A program made the position numbers and the translations under genes. The notes under the pieces are model-generated. The model saw only the letters and a list, made by a program, of their open reading frames with translations, was not told where the DNA came from and did no database searches. From Podarcis erhardii (lineage: Eukaryota): 64,000 nucleotides of DNA. Positions within the stretch are counted from its first letter, which is position 1, and every line of letters starts with the position of its first letter. The stretch lies in assembly GCA_964252035.1 (NCBI GenBank), contig OZ176200.1, one strand, 5' to 3'. Shown in pieces: positions 38,831-50,794 of this stretch.

Positions 38831-39748
38831 ATTTTTTTTAATAAATATTTATTAAGGTTTTAAAATATAAATGCACATAATAAACAATCTTACTTCTTTT
38901 ACAACAATTTCAACACTTCTTTGGACTCCCTCACGTCTCCCGCTCCCATTTACATCGTTAGAAATTTTTTCCAAACAAATTATCAACTTGTTTACAATCT
39001 CATGTCCACTCATTCAAATATAATCTAGCACTTCTTCCAAAAAATTTTTATATTTTCTTTAGTCTCACTTATCATCAAATTTAAATCTAGTTTAGTGGTG
39101 GCCAATTTTTTATAATCTAGCATCCTTCTTAACATTCAACCAAATTACAATGTTTTTGTAGATACATCTTAAATTTCTCCCAGTCTTCCTCCATCTTCTC
39201 TTCTCCCAGATCACGGATTCTGCCGGTCATCTCGGCCAGTTGCATATAGTCCATCAGCTGCATCTGCCACTCTTCCAGTGTGGGTAGATCTTGAGTTTTC
39301 CAGTTTTTTGCAATAAGAATCCTTGCTGCCATTGTTGCATACATAAAAAATGTTCGATCCTTCTTTAACACCTTCTGGCCGACAATACCCAGAAGGAAGG
39401 CCTCTGGTTTCTTTGTGAAGGTATACTTAAATACCTTTTTCAGCTCATTATATATCATTTCCCAGAAGGCCTTCACCTTAGGGCATGTCCACCAGAGGTG
39501 AAAGAATGTTCCTTCATTTTCTCTGCATTTCCAACATTTATTATCAGACGAATGGTATATTTTGGCAAGTTTAACTGGGGTCATGTACCATCTATATATC
39601 ATTTTCATTACATTTTCCTTCAGAGCATTACATGCGGTGAAGTTCAGCCCAGTGGTCCACAACCTTTCCCAATCCTCAAACATAATGTTATGCCCAATGT
39701 CCTGTGCCCATTTTATCATAGCCGATTTAACCATTTCGTCTTGTGTAT
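38831..39748 (-). mobile_element. Young 5'-truncated L1-clade LINE (ORF2 C-terminus with CCHC knuckle, 3'UTR, poly(A))
   Basis: Uninterrupted reading frame to the stop at 39129 including CWKC...HLWWTC; 18-bp TSD GATAGCAAGAAATATTTT at 38813-38830 and 39749-39766. Confidence 0.92.
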
Positions 39749-40612
39749 GATAGCAAGAAATATTTTGGATGGATGTTACCCTCTGGAGACATCCCTGCAA
39801 TATGGATGGTTGATATTAGAGATAGCCATGTGAATTTAGGGGAAAATGCAATATTCCAAGCACTTAGAAGCCTGTATTAAAGAATGGTTTTAACAAAACC
39901 TTGACAGCTAGGAAACTCTGATATAGCCTTAACACTAAAATTTCCACTCAAAATTCTTTTATATTAGATACGGAGTTTAAACCTAGCCTAAAAGAAATGC
40001 AGATAAGAGAACATCTTTTCTATTTGGAGAGAGAGAAACACACGCTATAGGGTCAGCAAAAGAAATTATAGTCTAAGAAAGCAGCAGCAAAATTGTCCCC
40101 ACAGCTAAAAATACAGAAACCTAACATGAATTTCTGTTTTATCATCCTGGTTTCACTTTGACTCTTTCAGCACTGAAACTAGTTTCAGGAGGCATGTAGA
40201 AAAACCAAAATGTTCATAAATTTACATGTTAACATATCTGATCCATGTCTACTTAGAAGCAAGCCCCACTAAATTCAACTGGACTTACTCCCAAGTAAGT
40301 CTACCTAGGATTGCAGCTGAATTATGAAATGAGCTGATTTGATACTGAGAGTGGATTGTGATGGATAAATAAATTTCTGGCCACTTAGGGGAAATCTAGT
40401 AAAAAGTTTTAAGAAGATACGGGGTGGCTGCTCAACTCATCACCACCTGGAAAGGTTTAGTAACAGAAGCCATTTATTGCAAAAACAACCACCTCTGGTA
40501 GAAGGTGTTTGTTTTTTAACAGTTCATCTGTTTTTCCTATTAGAACATATAACATTGTGAATAGCACAACTTCTACTTAGGAGGGGTTTTTTTTTAACGA
40601 ACAGTGAAATTA

Positions 40613-40762
40613 ACAGCTCAGTTGGTTAGAGTGTGATGCTGATAATGTCAAGGTTGCAGATTCGATCCCTGTATGGGACAAATTGCATATTCCTGCATTG
40701 CAGGGGGTTTAACTAAATGATCCTCGTGGTCCCTTCCAACTCTACAATATGACTTCTATGAT
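40613..40762 (+). mobile_element. SINE with a tRNA-Ile-like head and a CR1-like tail
   Basis: GCTCAGTTGGTTAGAGTGTGATGCTGATAATGTCAAGGTTGCAGATTCGATCCC resembles tRNA-Ile(AAT) and is followed by the CR1 3' end (CATTGCAGGGGG...CCCTTCCAACTCTACA...TTCTATGA). Confidence 0.75.
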
Positions 40763-41446
40763 ATCACTACCAACAGCAATAAGGAATTTATTCCACTCAG
40801 CACCATTATCACACAAAGCCATTCCAAACAAATATACCCCATTTGGAGGGACAGTTGGATACTATGATAAGCTTTTAAGTGTTAAGGTATCTTTATGAGC
40901 TGCACATGGCATCATGGTCAGAGCAGTAAGTTTGACCATCCAATTTCAAATGGCTCACAAAACGCATATCTTCTCAATTTTCAAGCAGGCCAGTCATTGA
41001 ATCTGCCAATGATGAATGTGGCACAGGGTGAGGGGTGGAGACAGTGTAATCTGTTCTTGTGCCTTTAACAGAACTTCCATCTGTCAAAATCAGCAGATAG
41101 CGCTTTTCACTGCATGGAATCTAGTGGTACACACACAAACACACCCTAATGTCTGCAGATCAAAATCCTCATTTAAAAGGCAGGGGAACAAGGATCGGTT
41201 GAAAACCTGGCATGGAGCTGAGGAATACAGAAGTCTCGGCACACGAGCTCATTAGGCTGCTAGCTTAACCGTTCCTGTTCCATTAACTGGGGTTCATCAA
41301 GTAAACAAGCAAAGCACTGGGCTGTACAGGTCACAGCCCTGTTCTCATCAAGTGCTATACTTACCGCCTAGAAATTTTCAGAGAAAATAGGTCTTGGGTG
41401 CAGCAATATTTCTCCTGCTGTTACAGCCATTTTGGGGTTTGATTTA

Positions 41447-41447
<1 letters not shown>

Positions 41448-41477
<30 letters not shown>
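41448..41477. repeat. (AAC)10 microsatellite
   Basis: Read directly from the sequence. Confidence 0.95.
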
Positions 41478-41795
41478 CTGGTAAATAAGATTTCATTATG
41501 ATCTGAAATGATATGGTGGCGTTCATCAAAGCAATACAGGAAACAGATTAGAAGACGTGTTCTCAGATGCTGGAGCACTGTTAAGATGAAAGAACAACAG
41601 CAAGAACTTCTAATTAAACTATAGAAAACAGACATATCTGCCTCCTGAGGCGCAAGGACTATGTATCACAGGCATGGCATCAAGCTTCCCAACCTCTTCA
41701 GAACAGGGGTGGCTGAAAAGCTCATTCTTTACAAATGCCAATACCAACTGACTTATCCTCACCACCTGATCTAATGTACAGCTCTGAATGCACTT

Positions 41796-41902
41796 AGAAT
41801 CAAGGAATTGTAGCACCAGGGACATTAGTCCAACACCCTGCAATGCAGGAATCTTTTGCCCAACATGGGACTCAAACCCACAACCCTAAAGTTAAGAGTC
41901 TC
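41796..41902 (-). mobile_element. SINE with a tRNA-Lys-like head and CR1-like tail, degenerate
   Basis: Reverse complement reads GAGACTCTTAAC...GGGTTTGAGTCCCATGTTGGGCAAAAGATTCCTGCATTGCAGGG. Confidence 0.6.
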
Positions 41903-42932
41903 CTGGCCTACAGAGAGAGAGAGAGAGAGTCGCCGGTACTTCCCAAAATATTGTGACGCAGGTCTTAATCAGAAACGTTTCCAAATGTCTATTTTATGAA
42001 AGATGCATATTAAAATACAAATGTTCATGCTGATGTTTAAAAATGCAGATTAATACAGAGACTAGACAGAACAGACTTGTGAACACATGAAGAAACTGTC
42101 AGACTAAAAGACGATTGATCCAATGATCCCTGCTTCAGGACCAGTCTCAAAATAGTTGGGAGCACATCTTCCCTTTGCTAGTAAATTCAACACTTTTCTA
42201 GCAGGTGACAGCAGGGGGAATGCAGAACTTTTATCTGCAGCTGTTGGTACTAGGAAAAAGTTTACACAAGTTCAAAGAGTCACTACAGTGTAGCAAGAGC
42301 ACATATCTTGCATCTGAACTGTATTCAGCGTACAGTATCCCAAAACCTAAGATTGTTTGACTGGTTTACTGGCCAGTTGGAAGTTTTGTAAAATGGCTGC
42401 AGCTACCTGCGAATAAGCCGAACTGAACTCACTGTGGTTTACTCGCAAGTATACATGCATATGACTACACTGTTAGGCATGCCCAAGATCATTGTTTTCA
42501 GTGGCTAAGTCTGCATGAGATCAGGCTACTGATGCCAGTAACAGTCCCCTAGAGCCGTCCTTCATATTAGTCAGCATAGGAAAGTGGATAAATACTTTCC
42601 CCAGCCCCATAATACTAAATTTAATTAGGTCACATTTCCTCTGTCTTGAAATGGCAGAAGCTATGTACAGCAGACTGCACAGAGCTAATGAGAAAATTAT
42701 GCACAAAACATCTTGCACTACAGCAGCATCCTAGGCTCAGCTGACCAGCTTGTTAGTCACAATTCTGTCACTGTCAGAACCATTCTGAGGTAACTTTTAA
42801 CTTCTTCTTGAACACAATTCCTATCCAGTCTCAATGTAGAATAGGCTCAGTCTTTCCAAACTCTTTGGAGAATCCTCAAAAGGATCTGGCAAGTTCAACA
42901 GAAGCTAGAAAAGATGTTTTCTGTCAACCTCT

Positions 42933-43200
42933 ACCATCTTCAAATATCTGAAGGGTTGTCAGATGGAGAAAGTGTGTTTCCTGCTGCTCCAGGATGAATG
43001 GTATCAATGGAATAAGATCACAGGAAAGGAGATTCGGACTAAACATAAGGAAGAACTTTCTGACACACCTTCGTTGGAGGTTTTTAAACAGAGATTGAAT
43101 GGTAATCTGTCAAAGATTACTTAGCTGTGATTCCTACAATGCATCCAGTTGAGCCGGATACTGCAACTCTTGGGGGTCGCTTCCCACTCTACAGTTCTAC
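42933..43200 (+). mobile_element. Degenerate CR1 3' fragment
   Basis: TTCAAATATCTGAAGGG...AAGAACTTTCTGACA...GGAGGTTTTTAAACAGAG is colinear with 2985-3419, with deletions. Confidence 0.75.
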
Positions 43201-44725
43201 CACCCCCTGTCTTCACTTAGGCCTCCCCCCCCTTTTCCTAATTTTACCTGGATAGAAAGGAATATGGAAACAAATAATGGCAGTGCTGGAACTGCCAGAC
43301 CCAGTCACATACAAAATTTGGATCAGCTCATAATTGGCTCAGCTTTTCCAGGCTAGGGTTAGTTTACTTCCGCACCAGCTTTTTATAAAGTTTGCCACAA
43401 TCCCTACATTTTTACCTTCCCAAGCAACACTAGGTCAGCCTAACTTCAGTATTTGAAACCATCCAATCACATTGTTTACACATCTCTTTAAACTAGTTTT
43501 TATAGGTGACTGCAAGTCTTTAAAATGCAGTCAAATGTTCACAAATCAACAATACATTTGATAATTAAATACTACATTTCCAAGTAAAGATGCATGTTCT
43601 GGAACCTCAACAAATTTTGGTGACACAGTTGGGGGAAGTAGAAATAGGGTTGTCGTATTCCCAAAAGTAAAAATCCAGACAAAGTTGTTGAGCTTTTGGG
43701 GGGGATTTTTAAAGCATTAAAAAATAGTAATAATCGCCCTACTATGGCAGCCCTAGTAGAAAGTAGATATGCCCACTGCCATTCCTCAGAATTAATTTTA
43801 AGATGGCAATCTTTAAACAACGTGATTAAAACTCTGATTACTAAGAAATTGTCTGTTAAGTTGTTGATTGACAACATTTTTACATTCCCAAGCAGGACTA
43901 GGTCAGCCTGTGACATCAGAATCTTGAGGAAGCTGCCAAAATGTAGGCAACACAGATCTCGCTTCGTTGCCCCTGAAACGTTAAGCAACTAGCGTGATGG
44001 AAATATTTGTTGCAATGTGCTAGCTAAGTAACAAAATAGAAAAATGGGTCAGCTCGTGTGCAGTTCAACCAGATACGGTGCTTCATTCTACACAACTGAT
44101 ACAGGAAAAGTTAACGGTTTGGTAATATGCTGATTCGCAACGTCATAATCAATTGATTTAGTCACTCAATCGTTTTTTTAAAAAAATCTTCAATAAGGTG
44201 GTGAATGTTTTAGTTGATTCATAGGACAATTTCATTCAAAAGTTATATGGTGGGTTGACCCTTTTTTGATTTGATAGCCTATTTTATCAAAGCAACAGCA
44301 GTTTGTCCAAATTACAGATCTCTCATCTGCTTATTCAGTCCTCATTCTGACACCCATCAAGGGCACATTAGTAAGAGGACTCAATCTACCAAGAACATCC
44401 CAAAATGTATTGCCAAGGTCCTTCATCACCACACTGCTGGTGGATGTGGAACAAGGATAAGAAACTGGATCCAGCCAGTGGGCCACATGTTGACCATGAC
44501 ATCAGTTGAAGCATTTCCCTTTGCCTGTGTGGTATGAAAGCAAACCACAAAGGCAAAGCATTGCAGGTGCTGATTATCAGTTGACAGCAGAGATGGTATC
44601 TTTATCTGCCCTCACATCTGACATCTTATACAACATCAGGTATAGGGCACAGGAAAATGGCTTGGGAGAAATGGCTTTGTGGGTCCAAACAGGCCTTCTC
44701 AGCCTGATTATGCACTTTCCCAATA

Positions 44726-44965
44726 CAGTGGGACCTCGGGTTACATACGCTTCATGTTACATACACTTCAGGTTACAGACTCTGCTAACCCAGATATAGT
44801 ACCTTGGGTACTATAACTTTGCTTCAGGATGAGAACAGAAATCGTGCTCCTGTGGTGCAGCAGCAGGAGGCCCCATTAGCTAAAGTGGTGCTTCAGGTTA
44901 AGAACAGTTTCAGGTTAAGTACGAACCTCCGAAATGAATTAAGTACTTAACCTGAGGTACCACTG
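44726..44965. mobile_element. Second copy of the same Tigger-like MITE
   Basis: Colinear with 29435-29676; same TIRs; TA TSD. Confidence 0.9.
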
Positions 44966-45731
44966 TACATCAGATTCTCACAATACACACCCACCAACAA
45001 ACAAACAACCACTGGGCATGGAGGTGGGTGGTTTACACACCTTCTACCCACAATGCAGTGCAACAGTTATACCAGAGAACCAAAAGGTGTGTCAAGTTTT
45101 CAGCTGGCCACTGTTGTTGTGCCTTTGAAATGCAACACCTTAGAAGGCAATTACGCCCAACTCTGCTCAGCAACCAAAGCAAATTTTCCTCCCTCCCACT
45201 CTTATTTTTGTCTTTGTATCAGAAAGGCACCCAGTTAATTTGGTTGCCAACAAATATTGCCACAGACATTTCTGACATCATGGTCTTTCCAACGAGTGGC
45301 TCCTGTCCACATTTGTTAATTGTCTTACTTTAAATATTGTGAGGATCCTATGCCCTTTTAAAATGTGTATTTTGGGGGTGTGTGGGGGTTATTGGTTGTT
45401 CTTTTTATTTTGATTATGTATTTTGTGGTTTTATATTTTGATTTTATTCAGTGAACTGCCCTGAGATCTCCAGGTATAGGGTGGTATATAAATTCAATAA
45501 ATACCGGTAACAACAGCAACAACCAACAACAACAACTCCATGCTGCAAAAGCCTCTGTTTTCTCATTCCTACACATCAAGCTGCTGTTAAAAGACAGATC
45601 AGGCTACTTCCACACACACATACACACCGCTTGGTTGGCAGTCCTATTGTCTACTTCCACACACACATACATGCCACTTGGTTGGCAGTCATATTGTCTA
45701 ATGATGCCATCTGACACTTCGGGGTTCTTTA

Positions 45732-46085
45732 AAGGTAAAGGGTAAATGGACCCCTGACCATTAGGTCCAGTCGTGACCGACTCTGGGGTTGTGGCGCTCA
45801 TCTCACTTTATTGGCCAAGGGAGCCGGCGTACAGCTTCCGGGTCATGTGGCCAGCATGACTAAGCCGCTTCTGGTGAACCAGAGCAGCGCACGGAAACAC
45901 CGTTTACCTTCCCGCCGGAGTGGTACCTATTTATCTACTTGCACTTCGTGCTTTCGAACTGCTAGGTGGGTAGGAGCAGGGACCGAGCAACGGGAGCTCA
46001 CCCCGTCGCGGGGATTCAAACCACCGACCTTCTGATCAGCAAGCCCTAGGCTCAGTGGTTTAACCCGCAGCGCCACCTGCGTCCC
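45732..46085 (-). mobile_element. Sauria SINE, full length
   Basis: Same head and tail on the minus strand; 11-bp TSD GGGGTTCTTTA at 45721-45731 and 46089-46099. Confidence 0.9.
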
Positions 46086-47099
46086 CTTGGGGTTCTTTAC
46101 TTGCACCTAATTTGGTGTACCTATCTTTGATAGTCATTCCACCTGTTCCAACTTGCAAAAGCATATCAGGAGTTTTGAACCCGTGCGTCCCCTTCTCCCA
46201 ACTGACATGACTATAAGTGATAACCGATAAAGAAATCTGGGTTTGCAGGCTGCACAGTTGGCTTCAATCAAGGTGCCCAGAAGGTGACCCCCCAAAACAG
46301 CACACACAGACACTTCCCAGAAGGCCAAGATGTGTCTCAGTTTTGCACAGAAACCTATAGCAAAGAGCACAAAGGGTTTCTACTTGGATTTATGCCAAAA
46401 TGCTACAGCTCAACTCTCCACTGCCTTCCCCATTACATAACCTGTTGCTATTCATGTACACACAATGTAAGCCCTAGAGAGGTGCCGTGCCGGGGAATGT
46501 GACTCGCTACCGGCTGAACAAAATTGAAACCTTCCACACCACAAAATAGCAGAGCTGTCTATAAATACGACCCACACTTCTTGCTAACAAACAAAAAGCT
46601 ATGGGAGAGAAGCTGAAACTTCAGCACAAGTTTAGTCATTTAGAGAGTTGCGCCGGGGCGCGGTGGGTAACCACTCTGTGTTGTGATACTCTTCCCCTTC
46701 TAAGCCTGTTGAAACTGTCACAGCCACAGAATCTGCATAAAAAAAAGATTTGCATGTCTTTCAGCCCCAAGCAAAGATGCAACTCTTACAAACGATGGGG
46801 AGTTCTCAACAAGCAAAGGAAGAAATGAAAAGGACCAGGAGAAGATTCATCATTGATCGTACTTACTGCAAAAGGAGAAGAGGGTTCATTAATAAATAAA
46901 TATAGATTTATATGGTTCTGCTAGGGGATAAAACCCTCCAATTATCATCCTCTCCCGAGCAGTGAGATCCCCCTCTAGGCGATTCATTAGTTAACAATAA
47001 AACGTTCCACTTTTCATTCACCAAATCACCAGCCAGCCCAGCGAATTCTCAGGCGATTGAGAAAAGAATTTCTTTCTTTTTTAATAAATAAAAGTGAAG

Positions 47100-48340
47100 G
47101 AGGGAGGGAGCCCGCCAGGCGCCTTTACTCACTGAAAAGTCTGCAGTCTGGGCGCAGCCGGTTATGCTCTCTAATTAAAGTCATTTAGCAAAAAAAAAAA
47201 AGGAAAAAAAAAGGAGGGGGGGGAATCATCTTTCCGCGGTCCACACCCACTCTGGGGTTTCGGGATTCAGTAGCTCCCGAGGGAAGAAGAAAAATAGGGA
47301 CTGAGAACTGGAGGCGTGCTTGTCGGAGGCGAAGGCGGACACTTCTCGAAGACGCTTTGAATAAATAAACCCACCTACAAATTCCGCGTTGCCGCGTTTA
47401 AGGCTGGAATCTTAAACCCACTTCGAAAGGGAGGAGGCGGGATTCCTTCCCAGCAAAGAGGGCATTACTTCCGTGTAAGGGACAGTGGGATCGGGATCTG
47501 GCGCACATTTACTCCAGAGTAATTCCCTCTTCCTTCCGAGGAAACCTGCCTTGGCTCGGAGCGCACAAAGGAGAAGCTGCCCCTGCGTTTTGTTTTGACG
47601 GCGAAGCCAACGTGCGCGTCGCTCCCGCCTCCCGCCACAAGAAGCTTCTACCTACAAAGGGATGGGTGGGGGAAGGGAGTCGCTCGCTCTCTCCTACCAG
47701 ATCAGGCATTGCGGAACACATCGATCTCCTCTCCTTTTATTTTGGGGGCAAATAACTCAGCTGCCCGCGATCCGTGTACCCCAGCCGAAAGAGCGCGCGT
47801 GGAAAGCGGCTACCTTGCAATTGTCTCCTCGCCAACAAGACGCGCGCTGACAACTTGATGGAGAATCAATCTGCAGCCGTTGCTGTGGAGACGCGGCAGC
47901 TCCGGTCTCGCTCAACGCCACCCCCCCCCCCCCAAAAAAAACTCCTCCCAACTCCCTTTCAACTTCAGGGGAAGTTGCTGCCATCCCGTTTCTGTCCCAT
48001 CCCCTTTACATTTCGGAACCCGCGGCGGGAGAGAGCGGAACTTCCCACTCGCCCCCCTTTAAATGGAACTCGAGCGCCACTTTTGGCGAACTGGGAAATA
48101 AGAAATGACTAATGGAGCTGTAATAGCTGGATGGGGGAAGGAAAAAACTTCCTTCTCCCCCACTCATTTTTCTTGCCAGGGCAAGGCTTGTGTTTTTTTC
48201 TTGCTCGCTGTGTTTGCTTTAACTCATCGGCCGGGAGCGATTCCCCTGGTTTCCAAAGCTTTAAAGCAGCCATAACGCGGTTGGTGTTCGTGAGAGGTTA
48301 GCAGTGCTAGCCTATGCAGCGGTCTACTCAGAAGTAAGCC
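47100..48340. promoter_or_regulatory. CpG-island-like region, probable upstream PRR5L promoter / first non-coding exon
   Basis: Visibly the most CG-rich stretch outside transposons, with GC-box and ETS-like (ACTTCCG) motifs; about 21 kb 5' of the PRR5L ATG exon; minus-strand donor CA|GTGAGT at 47132. Boundaries approximate. Confidence 0.6.
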
Positions 48341-48619
48341 CCCGTGAATTTGATGGGGCTGCCTTATACTGTACTCCCAGGTCAGTGGATGCAAGTGGAC
48401 CAGCAGCGTTATTCCTGCTGCTGATTTCAGTGAAACTGTTGGAGCAAAGATGTGCGTGTTTACCTGGAAGGAAGAATGTGTTCCTTGAATTCCGCCCACG
48501 CTTAGGCTCCTTCCCACAGGTGTAGAGGAATGCAGTCTCAGGTAAAGAGTCAAGTATTCTAGGACATCCCGATGGTGCAACTATAGATCGCTTCCAAGAT
48601 TGCTTATTATTTCTTAAAT

Positions 48620-48890
48620 TTCCACACCACCCTTCATCACAGGGTGATGTATATTTTGTATATTTACAATATAAAAACACAAAAAACATAGCATAACCAA
48701 CATAAAAGTAACACAGAGAGAGAGAGTTTAAGAGGCCATGGATTGTTCAATCAGCCAAAGGCCCAGGAGAAGAGGAATGATTTTGCCTGGTACTTAAATA
48801 TATGATATATGTAGTGAAGGTGCCAGGCAAACCTCCCTGGGGAGAGCATTCCACAAGCACGGAGCCACCACAGAAAAGGCATATTCTGGT
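48620..48890 (-). mobile_element. L2-type 3' fragment; shorter tails of the same family at about 10075-10205, 38445-38600 and 60135-60260 (minus) and 45400-45505 (plus)
   Basis: Shared motif GCCCTTCAT...CAGGG...AAAACAC...AGGCCATGG(A/G)TTGTT. Boundaries approximate. Confidence 0.55.
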
Positions 48891-49743
48891 GGCATCCTCA
48901 CATTCAGGCTGTTACTCCCAAGTCAAACTGCATCCTTTAGAGATGAACCAAGCTTTTTTTTCTGCCCTAGCAAATTAAAATTTCTGACTCCTTTGTGTTG
49001 TCCATTCACAGAGAAGCATATCAATAGCAGATTAAATGACCAAGATGTTTTTATTCTCATTTTCTTCTGCAGCATCTGCCTCAATTTTACAGCAGCTGCT
49101 CATCCTTTTACATGCTTGCTGCTGATGCTTGCCATTCTTGAAGAGGGCAAAAACTCAAAAGCAAACTTAAAAGCAACAAACACATGTGCTTCCAGCTGTG
49201 TGTATGTGTTGTTTTTTAAACTTTGTTTCACAGCAACAAGGTTCCAGCAGAGATGGCTCCAGTGAAATGGAATTGAGCACATTTAAGGTTCCAGGATTCT
49301 GCACTGCCTTTGCAGGTTGCAGGAAGGCACCTGCTCTGTCAGAAACTGATTGGTGGCACCTGCTTTCCTTGGGTGCCGTTTCTTTGGGTTGGCCTGCAGT
49401 AGCTGGGCAGGAAAGCAAAGGCATAGACAGAGATCTATTTGCTTTCTTTTGGGGCTGGACTGGGCAGGTGAAAATCAGCACTGTGTGGGGTTAATTGAAG
49501 AAACATCATTTGATGAGATCTGGGTAATGGATGTAGAACAATATATTAAATGAGAGGCAGGTGAGTCAAGATCTGAATACATTTTAAAGGCCAATTCTGT
49601 GATTTAAAGGGTTTTTGGTGAAATGGGTAATTTGCAAGAGCAAATACATGGGTTGAGGAATTGGTTTGGTGTTCTGAGGCTCATCACACACCTCTGCCCA
49701 AAGCTGTACTTTTGGTCTTAAGTAAGCAAGTTCCTCCCATCCT

Positions 49744-49922
49744 TCCAGTTACAGATAGGTAGCCGTGTTGGTCTGCCATAGTCAAAACAAAACAAATTCC
49801 TTCCAGTAGCACCTTAAAGACCAAGTTTCAGTTTATCTGAAGAAGTGTGCATGCACACGAAAGCTCAATACCAAGAACTGACTTAGTTGGTCTTTAAGGT
49901 GCTACTGGAAGGAATTTGTTTT
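49744..49922 (+). mobile_element. PLE-derived mini-element with a 37-bp perfect inverted repeat enclosing a hammerhead core
   Basis: Arms at 49788-49824 and 49887-49923; core CTGAAGA at 49837; 14-bp TSD GTTCCTCCCATCCT at 49730-49743 and 49923-49936. Confidence 0.85.
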
Positions 49923-49962
49923 GTTCCTCCCATCCTGTCCAGCATTCCATTTCTAACAGGGA

Positions 49963-50052
49963 CATAGCTGCCAACGTTTCCCCTTTTTAAAGGCAAATTC
50001 CCTTATTCTGAATAGGATTCCTCGCAAGAAAAGGGAAAATTTGACAGCTATG
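49963..50052. mobile_element. 90-bp hAT MITE
   Basis: TIRs CATAGCTGCCAA / TTGACAGCTATG; 8-bp TSD AACAGGGA/AACAGTGA. Confidence 0.8.
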
Positions 50053-50283
50053 AACAGTGATGAGCTGAATGTTTCTCAGAGAATGTTTCTCAGTATAGTA
50101 TTCTCCAGTGATTTGTTCCCAGTATCTGGTATTAAGAGAAAGATTAATACAGGTGTATGCCACTCTAATCTCTGAGTGATATGATACTCCAGGTGTTCCC
50201 GGCACTTGATCAGGGTTAGTGTTTCCTTTTGGAAATAAGGCACAGCAGAGACTGTGGTTTATTTATGATATATGGTATATATT

Positions 50284-50647
50284 GGGACGTGGGTGGCGCT
50301 GTGGTCTAAACCACTGAACCTAGGGCTTGCCGATCAGAAGGTTGGCAGTTCGAATCCCCACGATGGGGTGAGCTCCCGTTGCTCGGTCCCTGCTCCTGCC
50401 AACCTAGCAGTTTGAAAGCACGTCAAAGTGCAAGTAGATAAATAGGTACCGCTCCGGCAGGAAGGTAAATGGCATTTCCATGTGCTGCTCTGGTTCGCCA
50501 GAAGCTGCTTAGTCATGCTGGCCACATGACTCGGAAAAAATGTCCGTGGACGAACGTCGGCTCCCTTGGCCAGTAAAGCAAGATGAGAGCCGCAACCCCA
50601 AAGTCGGCCACGACTGGACCTAATGGGCAGGGGTCCCTTTACCTTTA
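50284..50647 (+). mobile_element. Sauria SINE, full length
   Basis: GGGACGTGGGTGGCGCTGTGG head and CCCTTTACCTTTA tail; TSD degenerate. Confidence 0.9.
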
Positions 50648-50794
50648 TAGTATACACACACACAACCTGAGCATGCAATGGAAGAGTTCACAAGAGAACA
50701 ACCCCAAAAGGGTCTTTGTTCCCCCATGGCCACAGCCTTTGATTCAAACAGAAATCAACCACTGTTCTGCCTTTCCAGCCTGAAGCTTTCCTTT

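Noticed and set aside
39129-39800. 223-aa ORF as a host zinc-finger gene
   Set aside because: It is the L1 ORF2 C-terminus, and its nominal start codon lies outside the TSD-bounded insertion.
40235-40320. Recurring palindromic ACTTAC...GTAAG motifs (also about 35265, 48305 and 51665) as splice sites or regulatory elements
   Set aside because: They look like decayed copies of a short dispersed squamate repeat; boundaries are too uncertain to annotate.
40613-40690. tRNA-Ile-like sequence as a real tRNA gene
   Set aside because: Stems and the T-loop are mutated, and it runs straight into a CR1-derived tail, so it is a SINE head.
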